Notes under the pieces: model-generated
The model's input: the letters and a program-made list of their open reading frames with translations, nothing else
Databases searched by the model: none
Told to the model about the DNA's origin: nothing
Shown here: piece by piece, positions 20,845 to 29,150 of the stretch
How positions within the stretch are numbered: position 1 is the stretch's first letter
Layout of the letters: each line of letters begins with the position of its first letter
Assembly (NCBI RefSeq): GCF_900079115.1
Contig: NZ_LT549890.1
Coordinates: 2,610,001-2,642,000 of the forward strand
Direction: 5' to 3'
Origin: Saccharolobus solfataricus
GTDB lineage: Archaea > Thermoproteota > Thermoprotei_A > Sulfolobales > Sulfolobaceae
DNA: 32,000 nt
Made by a program: the position numbers and the translations under genes

Positions 20845-22482
20845 TCAGCGACCGACTATGAGAGTCTTCATGGGTGTTTTTTCCAAGATCAATAAGATAA
20901 AAGGTAAGATAAGAAAGAATAAACTTACAAAGAACAGTTCATGTACTAAACTAGTGAGGGAGTTCTGGGAAATATTAGTTGTGAGCTCAAGAAAACCGTT
21001 GTAATTCTCAGCACTAGTCCAATATTCAGAATACGGTAATGAGACTACAAAAGGCGGATTACCATCATAAATTCTAATCTCCATATCGGAAATGCTATAA
21101 TTGCTAACTGGGCTTCCATTTAAGTAATGTACCAGCCCGGTGAAATTCTCATTATAGTACACTAGAACTGGACCAAACGTCTTCACTAGTCTTAACCCGG
21201 TATAATTCATCTGCGATGTTGAAATAAGGTATTTCATTCCGTAGAATGGATTTGTAAGATTATGAATGAAGCTAGTGTCATAAATGAAACCACTAAATCC
21301 TGGTAAATATTGCAAATACTGGTATTGTGTCGCTAAAGAGTAAACATTATTTGGATTGTTTTGAGATAAGTAGTCATAAAGCTCATAATACCAACTGGGC
21401 ATCGGTTGTGGTTTAAAAGAGAAGATTGAATAAGTTGTGGCTTGTAGACCTCCAGTATTGACAAGAAGTACTATCAATAGTAAAGAAAGTAAAGGTATTA
21501 TGAATTCCCTAGTCCTCTTTAAGTAAAACAAACTTAGGTCTAAAAGACCAAAACTTAGTAAGTATACCTTAGTTTGAAAGGTTGTTATCGCAGCCAGTAA
21601 CGCAGAAATGACTGGAATATCAAATCGAAAGTTCTGTAAGATGGCGTAAATTACAAGTAGAATTCCTACTGACGTGAGTGTAGCCAACGCGTACTTATTC
21701 CTATAAATAAATGCAGTTGTTATTACAATGGCAAATAAAAGTGCTGATACTATTGTGGAATAATACGCTAGTCCTAATCTTACTAGAGTATTCGATGGTG
21801 AAACCAGTACACTAGGAACAACGCCTATATATAGATAAACTTCCCATGAGAGTTCTGATAGAAATCCCAGTAGATCTGCTAGAATAGGATAGACTAAAAA
21901 CAGATATTTTCTCTCCTTTATAGATAATAGAATAAAAGGTAACTGGAAAAATAAAGAGAAGAGGAACATTTGAAAGAAGAAGATCTGGCCAACTACTTCT
22001 ACAATACTCAAATAAATGAGATATTTCAATCTATTCTTTACTTCATATAACATCTTGTACGTAAGGTAATACACCAGTGGTTGCAATGAGTAAACTAAAA
22101 GTATACCTTCACCATTACCATCATAAAATATTGAAATGGAAATAGGGTTTAATGTGAAAATTAAAGGTAAAATAAGCCTTTTAAAAAAATCACCTTTCCT
22201 TCCTAACGTAAAGTAGATCGAAATTGGTGCTATTATAAAGGCAAGAAAGTTTAACGTTTTTATTAAATTATTTTCTCCAATTAAGAGGGATAAATAATAT
22301 TGTATTGTGGCTGATGGTGTGTATAATCCCGGATTAGTTGAGGGAAGTATTGTAGTATCTCCTAGAGTGTAAGGCGGAGATATCATGTAATTCCTTAGCG
22401 CTATTAAAAATACTACTATAAATATTGATAAATAAATTATATCATCTCTTTTTATTAGTCCTTTTGGGTGCATTAAAATCAC
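20845..22482 (-). CDS. Polytopic membrane protein (at least 12 TM) with a sequon-rich C-terminal extracytoplasmic domain and a C-terminal TM anchor; function unknown
   Basis: 545-aa ORF with a GTG start, lying in an operon downstream of the AAA+ ATPase. The architecture resembles GT-C-type glycosyltransferases, but I recognise no catalytic motif. Confidence 0.55.
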   Translation of the reverse strand: MILMHPKGLIKRDDIIYLSIFIVVFLIALRNYMISPPYTLGDTTILPSTNPGLYTPSATIQYYLSLLIGENNLIKTLNFLAFIIAPISIYFTLGRKGDFFKRLILPLIFTLNPISISIFYDGNGEGILLVYSLQPLVYYLTYKMLYEVKNRLKYLIYLSIVEVVGQIFFFQMFLFSLFFQLPFILLSIKERKYLFLVYPILADLLGFLSELSWEVYLYIGVVPSVLVSPSNTLVRLGLAYYSTIVSALLFAIVITTAFIYRNKYALATLTSVGILLVIYAILQNFRFDIPVISALLAAITTFQTKVYLLSFGLLDLSLFYLKRTREFIIPLLSLLLIVLLVNTGGLQATTYSIFSFKPQPMPSWYYELYDYLSQNNPNNVYSLATQYQYLQYLPGFSGFIYDTSFIHNLTNPFYGMKYLISTSQMNYTGLRLVKTFGPVLVYYNENFTGLVHYLNGSPVSNYSISDMEIRIYDGNPPFVVSLPYSEYWTSAENYNGFLELTTNISQNSLTSLVHELFFVSLFFLILPFILLILEKTPMKTLIVGR

Positions 22483-22636
22483 CTAGATAAAGCGCTAATA
22501 GTAAAGCCAAGAGATATAGGAGGGATGAATAAAAGAGGAAAGGATATGAGACCAATCTAATACTATATAGAAGCATAGCCTCCAGTAGGAGTAAAAATAG
22601 AGAGATACCAATTAATCCTTTGATCCAGTTTTGCAC
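22442..22636 (-). CDS. Small membrane protein (2 TM), or the detached N-terminus of the downstream 545-aa protein
   Basis: 64-aa hydrophobic ORF that overlaps the next ORF by 41 nt in a different frame. Confidence 0.35.
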   Translation of the reverse strand: MQNWIKGLIGISLFLLLLEAMLLYSIRLVSYPFLFYSSLLYLLALLLALYLGDFNAPKRTNKKR

Positions 22637-22679
22637 GCTATTATCTTAATTGTTCTGGGATTAAATTTTTTCCCAAGCC

Positions 22680-24437
22680 TTATCTTCTTTCAAATCCGAA
22701 TTTCTCGTACATAATCAACGTTTGTCTATCTAAGCTCGCCTTTACTCTTTTCAATACATCCATGAAATCCTCTAGTTTTACTTCAGTCCTCAAATTACCA
22801 CTAATTGACGCCTCCTTTAATAGATTCCTCTTTACTTCCTCCACAACTAGTTTTAAATCTGCTGGAGTGTAATTCTCAGTAAGCTCAGCGACTTTCGAAA
22901 TAATATTTCTATTAATAATTAAATCCTTAATAAGAACTTGTAATATTTTCTCTCTCCCATCCTTATCTGGTGGAGGGACGTAAATTATCTTGTCAAATCT
23001 CCCAGCCCTTAATATTGCGGGGTCTAAGTCCCAAGGCCTGTTAGTTGCACCAACAACTATTACATTATGAATTTCCCTTAAACCATCCATTTGCCTTAAT
23101 AATTCCGTCAACGCATTTCTCCACTCATTAGTCATTCTATTCCTCGCTATCATATCTATCTCATCAATGAATATTATTGCCGGGGCATTATCTAGGGCAA
23201 TATAGAATTTCTCAGCTATAATCTTTGGGGCATCCAGAGGACCAGCACCACTGACCTCTTCTCCAGATAGTTCTATGAAGTTGAACCTCAAATCGTTAGC
23301 TAGAGCCTTAGCAATGCTAGTTTTCCCTGTCCCCGGTGGACCATATAACAGTATACCTTTAACCGGATATATTCCCAGTTTCTCTGCAAACTCCTTGTTG
23401 GTTATGGGTAATACTATGGACTCCCTAATTATCCTCTTAACCTCTTCTAAATCCCCTAAATCGTTCCAAGAAATGTTGGGAATACCATACGTCTTTATTA
23501 TTAATTTACTCCTCTCATACTTTCTAGCGATATTTTCAAATTTAATTATGGTTGAAAGTTGAATGGAGGGTTTGTAATTCTCAATCTCTCGTAGAAAGTC
23601 CTCAGTTTTTAAACTATTATTCTTACTTATTACCTTATCAGCAACGTTCTTAATATCCGCAGGAGAAAATCTCTCACTTTTCTTTGCCAATAAGGAATAA
23701 TCGATGTCCTCTCTCTTTATGTAACCTTTCCATATCTCCTCTCTACTTTTCTCATCTGGTAAAGCAACGTAAATTACCTCATCAAATCTCCCTGGTCGCA
23801 AGAACGCTTCGTCAATCTCCTGAGGTACATTTGTTGCTCCGATTATTATCACCCTTAAGTTCTTATCGTGCAAATCTTGAAGTCTCATTAACATTATATT
23901 TACTAACCTATGAGTAACCTCATGTAAATCGCTTTGCCTACTCATTGCTAAGCTATCTAATTCATCTATGAATACAACAGCTGGAGTGTTAATTTCTACT
24001 TGATCGAAGAAGCTATCTAATAGGAGTTCACTTTCACCGTACCACTTACTCAATATTTTACTTGGCCTTAACTCAAAGTAAGCCCAGCCCAATTTATTCG
24101 CTAAAGCCTTAGCGATTGTTGTCTTTCCTGTCCCAGGTGGACCAAAGAGTATAACTCCATATGCTCTTCCCTCTTGTACAATTTTAGCTATTTCCTCTAA
24201 TCTCATTTTGACATCTTTCAAATCATATACCTCATCCCATCTAATATTAGGAATATGAATCTTAGGTTTTCTACTTTTAGTCGTATTACCTATCATCATC
24301 CTCCTAGAGAAGTAAATCCAGAAAATTAATGGAACTAGAAAGAATAGTATTGTGAGAATTACCTCAATGATTAGCTGTAAAGTATTACTGCTTAATCCTA
24401 ATCCTATAGTAGAGTTATTAGAAGTTACTGTTGCCAT
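22680..24437 (-). CDS. Membrane-anchored tandem AAA+ ATPase (classic clade, CDC48/katanin-like; two ATPase domains)
   Basis: 585-aa ORF. The N-terminal TM helix is LQLIIEVILTILFFLVPLIFWIYF. There are two Walker A motifs (GPPGTGKT twice), two Walker B motifs (VVFIDELD, IIFIDEID) and two SRH/Arg-finger regions (RPGRFD, RAGRFD). D1 has a canonical pore loop (KWYGESE). D2 has none and reads SGAGPLDAP at that position. Confidence 0.88.
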   Translation of the reverse strand: MATVTSNNSTIGLGLSSNTLQLIIEVILTILFFLVPLIFWIYFSRRMMIGNTTKSRKPKIHIPNIRWDEVYDLKDVKMRLEEIAKIVQEGRAYGVILFGPPGTGKTTIAKALANKLGWAYFELRPSKILSKWYGESELLLDSFFDQVEINTPAVVFIDELDSLAMSRQSDLHEVTHRLVNIMLMRLQDLHDKNLRVIIIGATNVPQEIDEAFLRPGRFDEVIYVALPDEKSREEIWKGYIKREDIDYSLLAKKSERFSPADIKNVADKVISKNNSLKTEDFLREIENYKPSIQLSTIIKFENIARKYERSKLIIKTYGIPNISWNDLGDLEEVKRIIRESIVLPITNKEFAEKLGIYPVKGILLYGPPGTGKTSIAKALANDLRFNFIELSGEEVSGAGPLDAPKIIAEKFYIALDNAPAIIFIDEIDMIARNRMTNEWRNALTELLRQMDGLREIHNVIVVGATNRPWDLDPAILRAGRFDKIIYVPPPDKDGREKILQVLIKDLIINRNIISKVAELTENYTPADLKLVVEEVKRNLLKEASISGNLRTEVKLEDFMDVLKRVKASLDRQTLIMYEKFGFERR

Positions 24438-24551
24438 ACATTTTAATCTTTCCTCTTAAACCTTTTATCTTTATATGATCCGAGACTCTCCAAATTCACC
24501 ATATGAAGATTGCAGAAAGCTTCTCAAAAGGAATGATACCCTATGTTGTTA

Positions 24552-24712
24552 GGGCGATTCTGGGATCTATTCTGAATTGTAATTTATGAGTAGTATAAAT
24601 ATAAAAGTGTTAACACAATTAAGTATTTATTCTCCTTATAAACCGTTTTCACTCAGTTAAATTCGTCATGATTTTTGAAATATAGTGAATTTGCAATGAA
24701 AACTTGAATCGC
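24552..24712 (-). mobile_element. MITE copy 3 (about 161-164 bp, inverted relative to copies 1 and 2) with a target-site duplication
   Basis: The ends are GGGCGATTCTGGGATCTATTCTGAATTGTAAT and TTGCAATGAAAACTTGAATCG. The element is flanked by the direct repeat CTATGTTGTTA at 24541-24551 and 24713-24723. The reverse-complemented interior aligns to copy 2 (ACGAATTTAACTGAGTGAAAACG against ACGAAATTAACTAAATGAAGACG). Confidence 0.7.
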
Positions 24713-24800
24713 TATGTTGTTAAGAGAAAGATCTATTGTCAGATCATGATATACTTATTTTTGGTAAAATATTTTTCTTTTAATATGGAACTTTTACCCA

Positions 24801-25502
24801 ATGAAACTAGTAGAAATAACAAGGGAGGAGATAAGAGGAGATCTAGTAGGATTAGTACCAGTTGGAAGTATTGAGCAACACGGTCCTCATTTGCCAATGG
24901 GTACTGATGGCATTATTTCAGAATATATTGCCTCTAAAGCAGAGGAGAAATTAAAGGATATTACACTGCTTTTCCCAACGATATATTATGGTGTATCTTT
25001 AGAGCACAAGGGTTTTCCCTTTGTATCATTATCATTTCAAACTGCAATCTCATTCTTCACTGATTTACTTGAAAGTGTTTTCAACGATTTAGGATTAAGA
25101 AGAATAATTATAGTTAATGGACATGGTGGAAATTCGTATTTTCTTCCATTAGTTCAAAGGGAATTTAATATGAAACATAGCGACGCTAAAGTAATAGTTT
25201 TTAACACATTTGGCGAAGAGGAGAAAATTTTATTTAACGTAAATGATCTTCACGCTGGCACCATAGAAACGTCAAAAATTTGGGCAATAGGTAAGAGCTT
25301 GGTGAGGGTGAATAAAATAGATGAGATAAAAAATTATGAAGTTAGAGATGGTGTATTTATTTATTATTCCTCCAGAGAGGCCAATCAATTCGGAGTACTG
25401 AATGATGGTAAACCAATTCGAGTTAATGAAGAATACGGTAAAAAGATTTTAAGGGATTTGGTGGACAAGTTAATATGGACGATATTAAACTTTAAGGTAT
25501 GA
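24801..25502 (+). CDS. Creatininase-family amidohydrolase (creatinine amidohydrolase / ArfB / MftE superfamily)
   Basis: 233-aa ORF. GSIEQHGPHLPMGTD and NGHGGN are the family metal-binding motifs. Confidence 0.8.
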   Translation: MKLVEITREEIRGDLVGLVPVGSIEQHGPHLPMGTDGIISEYIASKAEEKLKDITLLFPTIYYGVSLEHKGFPFVSLSFQTAISFFTDLLESVFNDLGLRRIIIVNGHGGNSYFLPLVQREFNMKHSDAKVIVFNTFGEEEKILFNVNDLHAGTIETSKIWAIGKSLVRVNKIDEIKNYEVRDGVFIYYSSREANQFGVLNDGKPIRVNEEYGKKILRDLVDKLIWTILNFKV

Positions 25503-25882
25503 TAAAGTATGTTAGGTCTCAAGACGGTGAAGAGTTGTTAAGAGATATTGTTATTACTCTAGGGTTAGACTACATTAATTTAGATCGGGTAAAAGTTGTG
25601 TACTCCTATGGGTCTAAGACTGAGGCCATAGCCAGAATTTGGGCTGTTCCTAAGATCGTACTGGAAACCTTTCAACTAGAACCGCTTTATGTCATAGAAC
25701 TAATTTCAGAAAGGTTCAATCGATTATCTAATGATGATAAAATTAAAATAATGATTCATGAAATACTTCATATTCCGTTTAAGTTTAGTGGCGGATTAAG
25801 AGCGCATGGGAGTAAGGTGAATAGCAGAGAGGTCAATAAATTATATAAAAAATATATTAAATTAAAAGAAAGGAGGAGCTAA
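25499..25882 (+). CDS. Predicted minimal zinc metallopeptidase (HExxH; COG4900-like)
   Basis: 127-aa ORF with HEILH followed by GGLRAHG. Its start overlaps the upstream stop (ATGA). Confidence 0.55.
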   Translation: MIKYVRSQDGEELLRDIVITLGLDYINLDRVKVVYSYGSKTEAIARIWAVPKIVLETFQLEPLYVIELISERFNRLSNDDKIKIMIHEILHIPFKFSGGLRAHGSKVNSREVNKLYKKYIKLKERRS

Positions 25883-25921
25883 TTTATCTTACCTTGCTGG
25901 AATAGTTTCAATTATCCTCTG

Positions 25922-25927
25922 TTTTTT
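25922..25927 (+). terminator. T-run terminator candidate
   Basis: TTTTTT lies about 40 nt after the stop at 25880-25882. Confidence 0.25.
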
Positions 25928-26087
25928 GGCCTTCCTCTGTTGTATCATAGCTTTCTCATATTTTTCGTAACACATAAATATTATGTTTAGCTTGCTATCT
26001 TATAAATTTTCATTATTAACAAAATAAGCTTGGTTATATACCTTACGTTTTTTGCTTATACTAAATAAATGCTTTGTGGGATAGTTA

Positions 26088-26096
26088 AATGGGCGA
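26088..26096. repeat. Target-site duplication (left) of the 1439-bp IS
   Basis: AATGGGCGA is identical to 27536-27544 and directly abuts the IS inverted repeat. Confidence 0.85.
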
Positions 26097-27535
26097 CAGT
26101 GGTGTTTCACCAATTTTACTCAAAATGATACAATTTCTATGGAAGAGAAAAATATCAGAGCGGAGTTAGAAAAATCGGCTTATTTCAACACAAGAAGCAA
26201 AAAATTTTCATATTTGTTGAAGAAACTAACAGAAAACGAGTTTATATATAAAGAGTAATACCATTTGTCTAGTATTATCAATAGAGGAAAGTAGGTGGAA
26301 GGACGAGATGAACAAGAAAAGGTTAAAGCGAGGGACTCCATAACTCCGTTATGCAAACCATACAAGTATCCAAAACGGAGCTGAAGTCCCTCGCTATAAC
26401 TTTAGCAACAAACAATATTAACGTTATCTCTCAAGATCTAGACCCGGAAATAGTGAAAGCAGCACCATCCTTGCTAACCGGAAACAGAGGAAAATACTAC
26501 TTGAAGGTAGTAAGACGAGGCGAGAAAGTAATTAGTAAAGGTCAGAGAACCTTCAAGTTCTACCCAATCTACAGAGAAGTAAAGGGAGAGATCAACGTAG
26601 TCGCTGTAGATGAGACCGGATTAACCGTGGGAGAAAAGGAACAAGAAAAAGCAGAGGGCTTTCTACTCTACAACTGGAAGAGAAAAGGAGTAAAGATGAG
26701 ATCCTTGGACCTCGTATATCCCTTAAGGTTACCCCTCCTAGTGGAGGTAGCAGATTTGAGAAGCGACAGTCCATCACAGTTCCTACTCAGGAGCGTGAGG
26801 GAAGTAAGCCAATACATGGAAATAGATTACGTTGTAGCTGACGCCGGATTCTTGAACCTAGGGGTCATCAAGGAAATGCCCGTGAAGACCATTGTGAGAG
26901 GGAAGTCGAACTTGAAGGGATTCAAGGAACTATCTAACGTTCCATTAGTTGAGAAGAGATACGAGGTTAAGGACAAGGTTTACGTTGCGTATAGGGTCTT
27001 GAAATTTGAAGGGCTTTATTATTACGATGTGGTTTACGTTAAGGGAAAGCCGAGGCACTTTATGTTCGTGACGAACTTCGAGGGAGATCCCTATGAACTG
27101 GCTGAACTCTATAGGTTGAGGTGGCAGGTTGAGGAGGGTTTCAAGGTTAGGAAGGCAAGGATAAGGTATGTTAGGAAGTTGAGTAATAAGATCTTCTTGT
27201 TCCTCTATTACACGGTTCTGGATTCTGCGTGGAATCTAGTGAATCATCTTCTCTTTAACTTCAAGTCCACGTGTAAGAAGGTTTTGTCCTTCGATTCATT
27301 CGTCAAGCTTCTCTAACTTTCTCGGTGTTCAGAGGAGACTATGCACGTCGTTTTCACCACGTGAGAAAAATTCAGAATTCTCCTCTTATTATTAGAATTG
27401 TACGCTATATTTTTTGCAAATTACCTTAACATGTTATGTTTCATAATAATTTTATTGTTTTTCTCTATATCAATCTCTTTTTGAAAGGACTAATATTATA
27501 TCTTTCAAATGAAATAATTTGGTGAAACACCACTG
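26097..27535 (+). mobile_element. IS4-family insertion sequence, exactly 1439 bp (ISC1439-type)
   Basis: The terminal inverted repeats are CAGTGGTGTTTCACCAA at 26097-26113 and its exact reverse complement ending at 27535 (17 of 17). A 9-bp direct repeat flanks the element. It carries a single DDE transposase ORF. The length equals the named S. solfataricus element, with the name taken from memory. Confidence 0.9.
26351..27316 (+). CDS. IS4-family DDE transposase
   Basis: 321-aa intact ORF. YRLRWQVEEGFKVRK is an exact Y-x2-R-x3-E-x6-K signature. The candidate catalytic Asp residues are in VVAVDETG and YVVADAGF. Confidence 0.85.
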   Translation: MQTIQVSKTELKSLAITLATNNINVISQDLDPEIVKAAPSLLTGNRGKYYLKVVRRGEKVISKGQRTFKFYPIYREVKGEINVVAVDETGLTVGEKEQEKAEGFLLYNWKRKGVKMRSLDLVYPLRLPLLVEVADLRSDSPSQFLLRSVREVSQYMEIDYVVADAGFLNLGVIKEMPVKTIVRGKSNLKGFKELSNVPLVEKRYEVKDKVYVAYRVLKFEGLYYYDVVYVKGKPRHFMFVTNFEGDPYELAELYRLRWQVEEGFKVRKARIRYVRKLSNKIFLFLYYTVLDSAWNLVNHLLFNFKSTCKKVLSFDSFVKLL

Positions 27536-27544
27536 AATGGGCGA
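27536..27544. repeat. Target-site duplication (right) of the 1439-bp IS
   Basis: AATGGGCGA. Its last 7 nt (TGGGCGA) are also the first bases of the neighbouring IS terminal repeat. Confidence 0.85.
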
Positions 27545-27582
27545 TTCATGTTTCCATTGCGAATTGTAATATTCACTATGAA

Positions 27583-27873
27583 TTAAGATAATTCGATGAA
27601 GAAATTATTGTGAATATTTCTGATAAAGCGAGAAGAATAGGTACAATGTAATATTATTACAATAATGAGAAAATAGGTTAATAGGTTATAGTTATTAGCT
27701 ATGGTTCGAGCGATCTGGAGCATCCTCCAAGGGGAGTGAAACTTACCGAATCTCCTTTCCAAGAGGGAGTTGAAGGACTCGATTAAGTTATTAGATTCAC
27801 TTCCAAAGTTCCTTGGAAGCTGAGAGCTTCCGGTATAAAACCTTTCCGTGAAAAAATCGAGCATAGTACACAC
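27583..27873 (-). pseudogene. C-terminal fragment of the outer IS transposase
   Basis: The 96-aa ORF contains SNNLIESFNSLLERRFGKF, the N-x-IES-x-N...R motif typical of the C-terminal region of IS256/mutator-like DDE transposases. An in-frame TAG lies immediately upstream. Confidence 0.6.
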
Positions 27874-27899
27874 TACTTATTCAAGTGATATCACCTGCT

Positions 27900-28812
27900 T
27901 TACTCGTTAGCATCAAAGGGCTTATTATAATACAGCACAGCCCAAGTAATAACAGCAAGCTTCCTGGCACAAGCAGTAATCAACTTCTTACCCCTAAGCC
28001 TACCCTTATGCTCCTCGTAAAAACGCTTGATAATAGGATTAACCTTGATAGCAATCAAAGCTGCAAGGTAGAACTCCTCAAAACAGCATCACCTAGATAT
28101 GCCTCTCGATACAACACCGGACTCAACAAGAGGATCGAGACCACAATAAGCAACAAACCTCTTCTTGTCACCAAAACGCTTAACATCACCAACCCTTGCT
28201 AAAATTATACAACCCAGCGTTCTGCCAATACCCAGAAATCGTGAAGATCAAACTATCCTTAGGAACTGCATTTTTAAACCTTTCCTCAATCTCCCAGCCT
28301 CAAGCCTCTCCAACTCACCCAGAAGGAAACCTCAGATAACACTATATTATCCTCCCCTCTCAATACTTCATTCAAGTTCTTCCCGGACAAACTGTCCTTA
28401 TAGCCTAGAAGTATTAAATCCCTCCTTAACCTGTTCTTAACCCTAGCAATACTCCTTGTGATAAAATCCCATTGGCTTGTTAACTCCTTAGCCTCACTCG
28501 TTGTAAGCTTACTGCCCATACTTACAACTAGCTCAGCGAGCTTTTTATCATTCTTGTCACTCTTCTTATCCCCAAAGTCCTTGAACTTCTTGAGTATGAG
28601 GGGATTAATAATCCTCACGTCGTACTCTTTACCCAAGTACTTAGCCAAGTTAATGTGGTAAACTCCCGTACTTTCTATAGCCACTTTACAGCCCTTAGGC
28701 AAGACTTGCTTTACTCCTTCAGCTTATTATTAGTGAACTCGTAGTATTTACCTTGGAAATAGACTACTAATTTATCTCTTGATACATCTATTCCGGCAAC
28801 TGGGGCCTCCAT
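27900..28812 (-). pseudogene. IS110-family (DEDD) transposase/recombinase, multiply frameshifted
   Basis: Hand translation gives MEAPVAGIDVSRDKLVVYFQGKYYEFTNNKLKE* (start 28812). Then, in shifted frames, it gives KQVLPKGCKVAIESTGVYHINLAKYL... (track ORF 28286-28702), then LERLEA..EIEERFKNAVPKDSLIFTISG, then IGRTLGCIILARVGDVKRFGDKKRFVAYCGLDPLVESG..GISR*, then FYLAALIAIKVNPIIKRFYEEHKGRLRGKKLITACARKLAVITWAVLYYNKPFDANE* (stop 27900-27902). There are at least 5 frame disruptions, several at G runs. Confidence 0.8.
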
Positions 28813-29004
28813 GTATACTCACCCTTATTCGGGCTTCAAGCTCAACTTCCGGTCCGAATTGGAGGAGGCCAAGCTACTGTCCGAGCTTCACTCCCAGGGG
28901 TTTGTAAGGCCTCAACCCCAGTAAGATCTCTATTGCATAGATCTGAATAATATGTTTTATATATAAGGTAACTCAAGAGCCTCGGGCAGGTCTCGGGCTT
29001 AATT
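28813..29004 (-). ncRNA. Candidate bridge RNA (5' non-coding leader of the IS110-family element)
   Basis: No ORF is present. I count 57 G+C in 28821-28920 against an AT-rich background. The hairpins are GGGGTT 28897-28902 with AACCCC 28914-28919, and AGATCT 28924-28929 with AGATCT 28939-28944. The position relative to the recombinase gene matches IS110-group bridge RNAs. Confidence 0.25.
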
Positions 29005-29150
29005 TCACCGCTCTCTGCAGAGGAGATGATGTTTAACGCCTCTCTCCTCCTCGGTCGCGTTGCGCTTGAGGTGAACTAGGCATCCTAGCCTTCTTACTTG
29101 AAGTTCAGCCAGAGAGATCTTATCCAACGCCTTAGTTCCATCAACTACCA

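Larger units (their letters stand above)
27876..29043 (-). mobile_element. IS110-family element (ISC1190/ISC1229-like) nested in the outer IS. Boundaries are approximate.
   Basis: It separates the two halves of the outer transposase and carries a decayed DEDD-type transposase plus a 5' non-coding leader. IS110 elements lack inverted repeats, so I inferred the ends only from where the outer reading frames stop (about 29005-29043 and about 27876). Confidence 0.5.

Noticed and set aside
20808-20845. Short tandem ATGAAGGT...ATGAAGGT and the GTCG/CGAC mini-hairpin next to the stop of the 545-aa gene
   Set aside because: It is too short to distinguish from chance, and I saw no further copies.
23275-23917. 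Plus-strand ORFs 23275-23562 and 23684-23917 inside the AAA+ gene. The same applies to 3528-3713, 17143-17370, 20153-20398 and 31290-31589 inside other genes.
   Set aside because: They are antisense shadow ORFs with no motifs and biased composition.
27885-28661. Plus-strand ORFs 27885-28202, 28165-28440 and 28458-28661. The same applies to 29203-29403, 26180-26365 and 26592-26777.
   Set aside because: They lie antisense to transposase genes or pseudogenes. The Pro/Ser/Leu-rich translations reflect the higher GC content of the IS DNA and are not coding signal.
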